The translations under genes and the position numbers were made by a program. Shown piece after piece: positions 55,234 to 64,000 of a stretch of DNA of 64,000 bases. The DNA comes from an uncultured Candidatus Rokubacteria bacterium. GTDB lineage: Bacteria > Methylomirabilota > Methylomirabilia > Rokubacteriales > CSP1-6. The notes below the pieces were generated by a model. It was not told the origin of the DNA. It did no database searches and worked only from the letters and a program-made list of their open reading frames with translations. The number at the start of each line of letters is the position of its first letter. The first letter of the stretch is position 1. The stretch spans positions 256,001 through 320,000 of the forward strand of contig CAVWFS010000001.1 of assembly GCA_963754315.1 (NCBI GenBank), written 5' to 3'.

Positions 55234-56612
55234 AGCGTTTCTTTCACCTCGCCGAGCTCGGCACGACACTCCGCACGGAGGTCCGCGCGGGTCTGACCAC
55301 GTTCATGGTCATGGCCTACATCATCTTCGTGAATCCGATCATTCTGGGCTTTGTGGGCATCCCCGGCCTCGAGGGCAAGGGCCTGCCCTTCGCGGCGACC
55401 TTGACCGCGACCTGTCTCACGGCAGGCCTTCTTTCGATCGCCATGGGCCTGGCCAGCAACTACCCACTGGCCATGGCACCCGGGATGGGACTCAACGCGT
55501 TCGTCGCCTTCGAGCTGGTGGCGAGCCGGGGGCTCAGCTGGCCACAGGCGATGACCGTGGTCGTCATCGAGGGTCTCGTGATCCTGATCCTGGTGCTGAC
55601 CCGTTTCCGGGAAGCGGTGATGAATGCGGTGCCCATCGGCCTCAAGCGGGCCATCAGCGTCGGCATCGGTCTGTTCATTGCGTTCATTGGTTTCTTCACG
55701 GCAGGCTTCGTGGTGAAGCCGGCGGCAGGGCCGCTTCCGGTCGGGCTCGGGACGTTCGGCACCCTGCCGATGGTTGTGTTCGTGATCGGCTTCGTGCTGA
55801 CCGCCTGGCTCATGGCTCGCCGCGTGAAGGGAGCGCTCCTGGTGGGGATTGTGGCCACCACTGTGATCGCGATCGCCCTGAATCTCGCTTTTGCGGGCGG
55901 GAAAGGCTTCCCCACGCCGGGGGCGGCCCAGCTTCCGGCGGGCATCGTCCAGGTTCCCGACTTCTCCACCTTTGGCCGTCTCGATTTCTCGCTGGTGGCA
56001 AGGATGGGGGCTCTTGCCCTCACACTGCTGACCTTCTCGCTGATGCTCAGCGACTTCTTCGACACCATGGGGACCGTCATCGGCGTTGGCGGGGAGGGAC
56101 GATTCTTGACTCCCGACGGTCGTTTGCCGCGCATCAATCGGGTCTTGCTCGTCGACTCGCTCGGTGCCGTGTTCGGGGGCGTGGCCAACTCGAGCAGCAA
56201 CACGACGTACATCGAGAGCGCGGCCGGCGTGGCCGAGGGCGCCCGGACGGGACTGGCAGCCGTCGTCACCGGGGGCCTCTTCCTGCTCGCCATGTGGTTT
56301 TCGCCCCTGGCCGCCGTGATTCCCGCCCAGGCCACGGCCCCCGCCCTGATCATCGTCGGCTTTTACATGATGGGGATCGTGAGCGAGATCGCCTGGAGCG
56401 ATTACGAGGAAGCCATCCCGGCCTTCGTGACCATGCTCGTCATGCCCTTTACCTGGTCGATCAGCAACGGGATCGGCGCGGGTTTCGTGAGCTACGTGGC
56501 CATCAAGCTCCTCAATGGCAAGGGGGCGCGCGTCCACTGGATGATGCACCTGGTCGCGGCCGCCTTCGTGCTCTACTTCGCGGCCCCTCTCCTCGAGGGT
56601 CGACTGAAATAA
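55230..56612 (+). CDS. NCS2/AzgA-family nucleobase permease
   Basis: EVRAGLTTF..MAYII.VNP, APGMG, DFFDTMGT, YIESAAG. Confidence 0.92.
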   Translation: MKRFFHLAELGTTLRTEVRAGLTTFMVMAYIIFVNPIILGFVGIPGLEGKGLPFAATLTATCLTAGLLSIAMGLASNYPLAMAPGMGLNAFVAFELVASRGLSWPQAMTVVVIEGLVILILVLTRFREAVMNAVPIGLKRAISVGIGLFIAFIGFFTAGFVVKPAAGPLPVGLGTFGTLPMVVFVIGFVLTAWLMARRVKGALLVGIVATTVIAIALNLAFAGGKGFPTPGAAQLPAGIVQVPDFSTFGRLDFSLVARMGALALTLLTFSLMLSDFFDTMGTVIGVGGEGRFLTPDGRLPRINRVLLVDSLGAVFGGVANSSSNTTYIESAAGVAEGARTGLAAVVTGGLFLLAMWFSPLAAVIPAQATAPALIIVGFYMMGIVSEIAWSDYEEAIPAFVTMLVMPFTWSISNGIGAGFVSYVAIKLLNGKGARVHWMMHLVAAAFVLYFAAPLLEGRLK

Positions 56613-56637
56613 CACCCGCACGGCGCCGCGCGTTCGC

Positions 56638-57471
56638 CTAGCGCACGGCGGCCCTGAGCGTGTCGACGCTCCCCCTGAAGAAGGTCACGTTGTGGAAGGC
56701 TTCCCGCACGATTGCCTCGGCGACCGCGCGCGCCTGGGTCGCGTTCTTGCCGAACACGATGATGCGCGTGTTGTGATCCTCCATGGGTAGCCGTCCGTCG
56801 TCCTTGGCGAGGGCGACTTCGCCGGTGTCCTTGCCAGGCCTGAGCCCGCTCGCCGGCAGATTGCGTGCACGGCGGAGGCTGCCCGCGGCAAACTCGGCGG
56901 CATCGCGCGCATCGAGGAAGACCGCGGTCTGGTCGGCTTCATGAACGTGCACAGCGGCCTCGAGCTGGATCTCGGCGACGCCGCCCAGAGCGCGCCAGAC
57001 GGGGATGCCGAGCTGGTAGCGGCGAACGTCAGTGAAGCCGGCGGCCAGGAGCTCGACGGCCAGCCGCTTGCTTTTTCCACAGTGGGGGCCGTTGCAGTAA
57101 AGAACAATGGGCGCGCTCTTGTTCCCCTTGAGGACCCGCTCGATCTCGGCCACGTCCGAGACGTACTGGGACATGGGCATGCCAGGCTTCGGCGCCACGT
57201 TCACCGCGCCGGGAATGTGTCCGATGGCGAACTCCTTGAAGGGGCGCGCGTCGAAGACGGTGACCCGACCATCGGTCAGGATCTGGCGCAGCTCGTCCGT
57301 GCTGACCTCCGCAGTTTTCTGGCCTGACTCGGCCAGTGTCGCACCGAAGATCGTGAGTGTCGTCTGCGCGTGGATCCCGCCCACCTCCTGCCAGGCCCCG
57401 AACGCCGTGATCACTGCGGTGGCGGCGCTGATCAATAGGATTGACCCAGTCATCCGTAACCCGTTGCCCAT
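56638..57471 (-). CDS. Exported tandem rhodanese-domain protein
   Basis: N-terminal hydrophobic helix; DARP..GHIPGA; YCNGPHCGKS; second domain lacks Cys. Confidence 0.8.
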   Translation of the reverse strand: MGNGLRMTGSILLISAATAVITAFGAWQEVGGIHAQTTLTIFGATLAESGQKTAEVSTDELRQILTDGRVTVFDARPFKEFAIGHIPGAVNVAPKPGMPMSQYVSDVAEIERVLKGNKSAPIVLYCNGPHCGKSKRLAVELLAAGFTDVRRYQLGIPVWRALGGVAEIQLEAAVHVHEADQTAVFLDARDAAEFAAGSLRRARNLPASGLRPGKDTGEVALAKDDGRLPMEDHNTRIIVFGKNATQARAVAEAIVREAFHNVTFFRGSVDTLRAAVR

Positions 57472-57568
57472 ATCGCACCCCCTGGGTGGCCAGCGCTGGC
57501 GGCCTGCCGCGCGGGCCTGAACTGTCCCCACGATCGTGGGCCGCGACGGTGAAATGCTGGTGAACTTC

Positions 57569-59742
57569 TCAGGCGGAGTGGAAGCCCGACTGGCTCGCGC
57601 TGCGGGCTTCCTCGAAGAGCCGGGTCGTGGCAGGCTCGGGCTGGACCCCGAGCTCCCGGCGCAGAATGTGAGCGCACCGCTGGTAGAGAGCGAGGGCGGT
57701 ATCGCGATCGCCTTGTAGCAGGGCGCAACGCATCAGATGCCGATAGGCGGCCTCGCGCAGGGGGTCGAGGGCCAGCACTCGGTACATGATCTCCGAGGCC
57801 CGACGGTGGTTCCCGCGTGAGGCTTCCAGATGAGACAAGCTCGTGAGCGCCTCGACCTGACGGCTCCGCCAACTCTCTCGAGCAGTGGCCGTCCATTCTT
57901 CGTACCGGTCTTCCGGGTGAAGCAGATCGTCCCGGTAGAGATCGAGGGCAGCCTCAAGCGCGCTGACGGCGTCGCCGACCCACTTGGGCTTGCAGCGCCT
58001 CGGCGCGATGAAACGCCTCGGCGGCAGCCCCGCACTCACCGAGGTCGAGCAAGGCGAGGGCGCGGCCCGCATGAGCGGACGCCTGGTAGTAGACCGAGCC
58101 ATGCTCTTCACCGACCATCGCCGCTTCCGCAAACGCGTCGAGCGCGGCCGAGATGGGCCTGGCCGATCCCGTCCAGATGGCCAGCGACGAAGGCTAGGCG
58201 GGTGCCCTTCTCGAGCGCCTCCCGCGCCTCGGGGAGCCGGCCCGCGAGACGCCTGGACATCGAGAGAATCAAGTGCAGATCAGCCTCGAGGCTCGTCTCG
58301 ACCTTCTCGGGAAGGAGAGCCAGCGCTTCTTCGGCGGGGATGATGGCCTCGAGGAGGCGGCCCATGCTCGTCAACATGACCACCTCGCCGTGCACGCTGT
58401 GGGCCCAAAGGTTGGCGTCACGTCCCTTGCTGGCCGCTCTCGCACGGCGTGACCAGGCCAGAGCCTGCCCGTAGTCACCCACGAAGCGACACGACGAGGC
58501 GGCCGTCCGCAAGAGCCAGGGGTACCGATCGGCGATGTCATCAGGCAGACGACGGACCAGATCGCGGAAGGTATAGGCACGCTGGGCGGTGAGGCGCCCC
58601 GCGCGGAAGGGCAGGAGGACGCGGACGGCATCGTCGTACGCCCCCGCCGCGAGAAAGTGGCGGACGGCCTGATCGCCGACTCCCGCCAACTCGAGGTACC
58701 GTCCAGCCCGAACATGGAGCGCGGCAACGGGGCACGATTCGTCGCGCGACAGCCGGTCCTGCAGGAACTCGGCGAAGAGCTGATGATACCGATGGCGAGT
58801 ACCCGCCTCGTCGAGGCGGTAGGTGAAGAGATTCCGTCGCTCGAGCACCTCGAGCAATTCTGCCGCTCGGGGGGAGTCGCTGACGGCGGCGCACACACCA
58901 GCCGTCAGCTCCCACAGGATCGAGGTACGCAGGAGAAACTGGCGAAGGGGCGGCTCCAATGTCTCGAGGACTGCGCTCGCCAAGTAGTCGAAGATCTCGC
59001 GCGGCGTTCCGGCGAGGCCGAGGGCTCCGTGTCCGCGGCCGGCGAGCGCCGCCAGCTGGATGGCGGCCGGCCAGCCTTCGGTGCGCGTGGTGAGTAAGCG
59101 TGCCCGTTCGGCGTCGATGGCCAAACCGTGGTTCTCTTGGAGGAAGGCCATCGTCTCTTCAGCGGTGAAGGCGAGGTGCTCGCGGGAGAGGACTGTGGCG
59201 TCGGCCGTGAGCAGCAATCGTGGCAGTTCCTTGAGGGGCGGCCGCGTGCGCGAGGCAATGACCAGATGCACCCGGGCTGGCAGGTACACGAGAAGGTGGT
59301 CGACGAGCTCTACGGCGGCCGGTGTCGCGTCCAGCACGTGGAAGTCGTCAAGCACCACGACAGTCTCGTCGGGCAGCTCCTCCAGAGCTTGCTGGATCGC
59401 GCTCCGGAGCACGGCGTCGCTGGGGCCCCCGCTCAGGAGTTCCAGCGCCACTTCGCCGACGTTGCCAGCGACCTTCCTCAGGGCGAGCACGAGAGCCGCT
59501 CCGAACAGATTGGGGTCCGTGTCGCGCTCGTCTACCGTGAGCCAGGCGAAGGAGTAGTCGAGCAACTTCACGCCGGATAGCAGCAGGGCGGTCTTCCCGT
59601 AGCCAGCCTCGGCGGAGAGCACGACGAGCCTGCCCCGGATCCCCGCGCGGAGCATACCGATCAGCGGAAGCCGAGGCAGGAGCGAAACCCCCATGCGCGG
59701 AGGGCTAAGCTTGGCGGCAGGTAGGACGAATCGATCAGCCAT
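57569..59742 (-). CDS. MalT-like AAA-TPR regulator with C-terminal BTAD domain (frameshifted, apparently internally deleted)
   Basis: KLSPP, AEAGYGKT, VLDDFH, TEGWPA, YRYHQLF-like HRYHQLF; BTAD DPLREAAYRHLM..LGVQP. Confidence 0.78.
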
Positions 59743-59916
59743 CGTCGACCATCGAGCCTCTGAGAAGCGCTTATCACGCGGTGACGGCGGGGAGTCAAGC
59801 GGCACCTCACGGTGATCGCGAAGCGGTCACAGGGCGCGGCCCCGGACCCGCTAGTACGCGTGGGTGAGGGATCACGTGTTGCCCTGTAAGTAAGCGCCAT
59901 ACCGACTCAAAGTCGC

Positions 59917-59945
59917 TTGACAGCGGGGTGGTCGGCGGCTACACT
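59917..59945 (+). promoter_or_regulatory. Near-consensus sigma70 promoter
   Basis: TTGACA-17 bp-TACACT. Confidence 0.7.
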
Positions 59946-59989
59946 CTCGCAACTTCACCAACCCCCCGGGAGCGACGATGCAGAGTCCA

Positions 59990-60051
59990 GAGGACCCCGG
60001 GTTCCCCGGGGCGCTCCGAGCGAGGGGGGGTTTGGGGCCATTTCGAGGCCC
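59990..60051 (-). repeat. Two-hairpin repeat family, inverted copy
   Basis: Reverse complement reads GGGCCTCGAAATGGCCCCAAA-C-tract-TCGCTCGGAGCGCCCCGGGGAACCCGGGGTCCTC. Confidence 0.8.
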
Positions 60052-60116
60052 TTTATCACACTGTCCCGCAGCGGCGCGGAGGCGATCGTGAACACATTGA
60101 CAGAGGGCGCCGGGTG

Positions 60117-62060
60117 ATGCTCGACCCCGCCGCGGACACCTTTCCCAAACTTGTCCGGAGGAATGCCGAGCGTTTCCCGCGCAAGATCGCCATCCGGGAA
60201 AAGGACCTGGGCATCTGGCAGTCGTACACCTGGCGTGAATACTTCGAGCAGAGCCGACGCATCGCCACCGGCCTGGCGTCGCTCGGTTTCGTGCGGGGCG
60301 ACAAGGTCGCCATCATCGGGGATAATCGGCCGCCGCTCTACTGGGCCACCATGGCGTGCCAGGCCCTGGGTGGCATCCCGGTTCCGATCTATCAGGACTC
60401 GATCGAGAAGGAGATGCAGTACATCGTCGACCACGCCGAGGTGCGCTTTGCCGTGGTCGAGGATCAAGAGCAAGTGGACAAGCTGCTCCAGGTCAAGGCG
60501 CGCGGCTCGCGTCTGGACTACCTCATCTATCACGATCCGCGCGGCATGCGGGGGTATGCCGAGCCCTTCCTGATGAGCCTGGACGAGGTGAGGGCGCGTG
60601 GGCGCACGTTCGAGACGGATCATCCGGCCTACCTCGACACCGAGATTGCCAAAGGGACGGCGGACGATACCGCGATCATTTGCTACACCTCGGGCACTAC
60701 CGGAATGCCCAAAGGGACGATGCTCTCCCACCGTAACCTGATCGTGACCGCTGAGAACGCGGGTCGGGCAGAGGGCTTGCGTGACGACGAGGAGATCCTC
60801 TCCTACCTGCCCATGGCATGGGTGGGCGACCACATCTTTTCCTATGCGCAGGCCATCATCGTGGGGTTCACCGCGAACTGTCCCGAGAGCCCCGCCACGG
60901 TGCTCCACGACCTGAAGGAGATCGGGCCGACCTACTTCTTCGCTCCTCCCCGGATCTGGGAGAACCTCCTCACCAGCGTCATGATCCGCATCGAGGACGC
61001 GGCCTGGCCCAAGCGGCGCCTCGTCAGCTTCTTCCTCGACCTCGCCCAGGGTCTCGAACGGCGCCGACTGGCGGGTCAGCCCGCAGTGGCGGCCTGGCGT
61101 CGGCTGTTGCTGCCCCTCGGCGAGGCCCTGGTGTACGGTCCGCTGCGGGATAATCTGGGCCTCAGGCGGATCCGACGGGCCTACACGGCTGGCGAGGCCA
61201 TAGGGCCCGAGATCTTCGTCTTCTTCCGGGCCATCGGCGTCAACATCAAGAACCTCTACGGGATGACCGAGGCCAGCGTGTTTCTCTCCATCCAGAAGGA
61301 CGGCGACGTGCGGCTGGACACGGTGGGGACGCCGATCCCCGAGGTGGAGCTTCGCCTCTCGGCTGACGGAGAGGTTCTCTACCGAAGCCCCGGCATCTTC
61401 CAGGGCTACTACAAGAACCCCGAGGCCACCCGTCAGGCCATCGAGGACGGGTGGGTGCACTCGGGAGACGCCGGCTTCATCGATCACCTTGGCCACCTGA
61501 GAATCATCGATCGGGCCCAGGACGTGAGCCGGCTCGCCGATGGCACGATGTTCGCCCCCAAGTATCTCGAAAACAAGCTCAAGTTCTCGCCATACGTCAA
61601 GGAAGCCGTGTGCATCGGTCAGGGTCGGCGGTTCGTGACCGCCCTCATCAATATCGATCTGGCGGCGGTGGGGAACTGGGCGGAGCGCCGGGGCGTTGCG
61701 TACACGAGCTACGCCGACCTCAGCCAAAAGCCCGAGGTCTACGACCTGGTGCGGGGGGAAGTCGAACGGGTCAATCGCGGGCTGCTCGAAGACGAGGTCC
61801 TGAGGGGGGCGCAGATTAGGAAGTTTCTCATTCTGCACAAGGAGCTCGATCCAGATGACGAGGAGATCACCCGCACACGCAAGGTGCGGCGAGGGTACAT
61901 CGCGCAGAAATACGCCCCGCTCATCGAAGCCCTTTACGGTGAGGACGACCACGTCGAGGTCGAGGCCCGTGTGACCTACGAGGACGGTCGGACAGGTCTG
62001 GTGCGGGCCGATGTCCGGATCGAGGACGTCACCGCCCGTGACCTCCTGGGGGTTCGGTGA
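60117..62060 (+). CDS. Long-chain acyl-CoA synthetase (AMP-binding)
   Basis: YTSGTTGMPKG, YGMTE, SGDAG, TRTRKVRR. Confidence 0.92.
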   Translation: MLDPAADTFPKLVRRNAERFPRKIAIREKDLGIWQSYTWREYFEQSRRIATGLASLGFVRGDKVAIIGDNRPPLYWATMACQALGGIPVPIYQDSIEKEMQYIVDHAEVRFAVVEDQEQVDKLLQVKARGSRLDYLIYHDPRGMRGYAEPFLMSLDEVRARGRTFETDHPAYLDTEIAKGTADDTAIICYTSGTTGMPKGTMLSHRNLIVTAENAGRAEGLRDDEEILSYLPMAWVGDHIFSYAQAIIVGFTANCPESPATVLHDLKEIGPTYFFAPPRIWENLLTSVMIRIEDAAWPKRRLVSFFLDLAQGLERRRLAGQPAVAAWRRLLLPLGEALVYGPLRDNLGLRRIRRAYTAGEAIGPEIFVFFRAIGVNIKNLYGMTEASVFLSIQKDGDVRLDTVGTPIPEVELRLSADGEVLYRSPGIFQGYYKNPEATRQAIEDGWVHSGDAGFIDHLGHLRIIDRAQDVSRLADGTMFAPKYLENKLKFSPYVKEAVCIGQGRRFVTALINIDLAAVGNWAERRGVAYTSYADLSQKPEVYDLVRGEVERVNRGLLEDEVLRGAQIRKFLILHKELDPDDEEITRTRKVRRGYIAQKYAPLIEALYGEDDHVEVEARVTYEDGRTGLVRADVRIEDVTARDLLGVR

Positions 62061-62845
62061 GCCAGTCACCGTCGGCCGACATCCTCCTCCGTGTGGAGGA
62101 CGTGACAGTGCGCTTCGGTGCCCTCCTCGCCCTGCAGGAGGTGAGCCTGGACATTCGGACCAGGGACGTGGTGGCCATCATCGGCCCCAATGGCGCCGGC
62201 AAGACGACCCTGCTCAACGTGATCAGCGGGTTCTACCGTCCCTCGGCAGGCCGCATCTATTTCGAGGGCCGGGACCGGACGCATCTGACGCCGCCTGACG
62301 TGGCCGCGCTCGGGATCGCCAGGACATTTCAGAACGTGGCGCTCTTCAAAGGCATGAGCGTGCTCGACAACATCATGACCGGGCGCAATCTCAAGATGCG
62401 GGGCAACTTTCTTCTGGAGGCGCTCTACTGGGGGCCGGCCCGGCAGCAGGAGCTCGAGCATCGCGAGGCGGTCGAACGAATCATCGATTTCCTGGCGATC
62501 CAATCCGTCCGCAAGACACCAGCCGGTCGGTTGCCCTATGGGCTCCAGAAGCGCGTAGAGCTCGGCCGGGCCCTGGCCGCCGAGCCGCGGCTCCTGCTGC
62601 TGGACGAGCCCATGGCGGGCATGAACGTCGAGGAGAAGGAGGATATGTGCCGCTTCATCCTCGACGTGAATCTGGAATTCGGCACCACCATCGCCCTCAT
62701 CGAGCACGACATGGGCGTGGTCATGGATATCTCCGACCGGGTGGCCGTGCTCGACTACGGGCGCAAGATCGCCGAGGGCTCGCCGGCCGAGGTGCGGGCC
62801 GACCCCACCGTGCTCGACGCGTACCTTGGTGTCGCCCATGCGTGA
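62057..62845 (+). CDS. LivG-type ABC ATPase
   Basis: GPNGAGKTT, RTFQN, LPYGLQKR, LDEPMAG. Confidence 0.92.
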   Translation: MSQSPSADILLRVEDVTVRFGALLALQEVSLDIRTRDVVAIIGPNGAGKTTLLNVISGFYRPSAGRIYFEGRDRTHLTPPDVAALGIARTFQNVALFKGMSVLDNIMTGRNLKMRGNFLLEALYWGPARQQELEHREAVERIIDFLAIQSVRKTPAGRLPYGLQKRVELGRALAAEPRLLLLDEPMAGMNVEEKEDMCRFILDVNLEFGTTIALIEHDMGVVMDISDRVAVLDYGRKIAEGSPAEVRADPTVLDAYLGVAHA

Positions 62846-62848
62846 TCG

Positions 62849-63784
62849 ATGAGCGTGCTGTATAGCGTGTTCATCGCGCCCTTCGTCGACATGGCGACCA
62901 GCCCGCTCTTTCTGGTCGAGGTCGTGCTGGGCGGGATCGCGGCCGGTCTCATGTACTCCCTCGTCGCCTTGGGCTTCGTGCTGATTTTCAAGGCCTCAGG
63001 CGTCTTCAACTTCGCTCAGGGGGTCATGGTCCTGTTCGCCGCCCTCACCCTGGTGGGGCTTATGGAACGCGGGGTGCCGGTGGTGCTGGCCCTCGCCTTG
63101 ACTGGCGGCGTGATGGTGCTTCTGGCCTTCGCGATCGAGCGGCTGGTACTACGACCGCTGATCAACCAGGCTCACATCATCCTGTTCATGGCCACCATCG
63201 GCCTCAACTTCTTTCTGGAAGGCTTCGGGGAAATGGTGTGGGGAGCCAACGTCAAGAAGCTCGACATCGGCATCCCTGACCGATCGATGATGGTGGCCGG
63301 CGTCCAGGTGAACCAGCTCGAGATGTCGGCCGCCGTCACTGCGGGTGTGCTGGTGGCCATCCTGGCCGTGTTCTTCCAGCGAACGCGAGTGGGCCGCGCG
63401 CTGCGTGCGGTAGCCGACGATCACGCGGCCGCCCTCTCCATCGGCATCTCGCTCAAGACCATCTGGGTCATCGTGTGGTCGGTGGCGGGTCTGGTGGCCA
63501 TCGTGGCCGGGGTCATGTGGGGCGCCAAGAGCGGGGTGCAGTTCAGCCTGTCGCTCATCGCGTTGAAGGCACTGCCGGTCCTCATCCTCGGCGGCTTCGA
63601 GTCGGTGTCCGGCGCCATCGTGGGCGGGCTGATCATCGGTGTGGGCGAGAAGATCGGCGAAGTGTACTGGGGTCCGCTGGTGGGCGGCGCCATCGAGAAC
63701 TGGTTCGCCTATGTGCTGGCCCTGGTCTTCCTGCTCTTTCGTCCCCAGGGTCTGTTCGGCGAGAAGATCATCGAGCGCGTCTGA
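62849..63784 (+). CDS. LivH-type permease
   Basis: GFVLIFKASGVFNFAQG, FRPQGLFG. Confidence 0.9.
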   Translation: MSVLYSVFIAPFVDMATSPLFLVEVVLGGIAAGLMYSLVALGFVLIFKASGVFNFAQGVMVLFAALTLVGLMERGVPVVLALALTGGVMVLLAFAIERLVLRPLINQAHIILFMATIGLNFFLEGFGEMVWGANVKKLDIGIPDRSMMVAGVQVNQLEMSAAVTAGVLVAILAVFFQRTRVGRALRAVADDHAAALSIGISLKTIWVIVWSVAGLVAIVAGVMWGAKSGVQFSLSLIALKALPVLILGGFESVSGAIVGGLIIGVGEKIGEVYWGPLVGGAIENWFAYVLALVFLLFRPQGLFGEKIIERV

Positions 63785-64000
63785 TGATCTATCGCGAAGC
63801 GGGGCAGTTCAAGACGAGCTACGCGGCCGACGAGGCGATCTTTCCCATCATTCAGGATCGCTGGTTCGTCGGTCTGGCGGTGGCGGCGGCGGTGCTCATT
63901 CCTCCGCTCGCCGCCAGCGAGTACTGGCTGCAGGCCATCCTCATTCCCTTCCTCGTCTACGCGCTGGCGGCCATCGGGCTGAACCTGCTCACCGGCTATG
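63784..64000 (+). CDS. LivM-type permease (3'-truncated by window)
   Basis: MIYREAGQFKTSY..AAIGLNLLTGY. Confidence 0.85.
   Translation, partial: MIYREAGQFKTSYAADEAIFPIIQDRWFVGLAVAAAVLIPPLAASEYWLQAILIPFLVYALAAIGLNLLTGY

Noticed and set aside
59955..62069. Long antisense ORFs (also 30364-32478, 28106-29722, 7517-9232)
   Set aside because: Shadow frames of well-supported genes in high-GC DNA, with no recognisable motifs

Overview
This is a GC-rich bacterial chromosomal window. Its gene content and repeat style suggest Candidatus Rokubacteria/Methylomirabilota, but that is inference only. Many genes carry single-base indels, often in homopolymer runs, which points to an imperfectly polished long-read assembly; several long ORFs in the track are artefactual fusions or splits. 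Content: catabolic enzymes; several ABC importers (three Liv-type, one dipeptide-type, one sugar-type, one SsuA/NMT1-type binding protein); trpD; a 12-gene GntR-etfBA-acyl-CoA dehydrogenase-B12 mutase-ilvE operon whose mutase has isobutyryl-CoA mutase signature residues; a siroheme plus nitrite/sulfite reductase operon; three toxin-antitoxin pairs (higBA, broken mazEF-like, phd-vapC), each with an inverted-repeat operator; a nucleotidyltransferase/small-partner pair; and a Uma2 nuclease. Less ordinary items: a dispersed ~65-70 bp two-hairpin repeat family at four loci; a 71-bp tandem array; a Tat-exported beta-propeller gene interrupted by in-frame TAG codons; a secreted tail-fibre-like gene; a MalT/BTAD regulator lacking its DNA-binding domain; and several gene stumps at insertion or deletion junctions. 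No rRNA, tRNA, CRISPR array or transposase was recognised.
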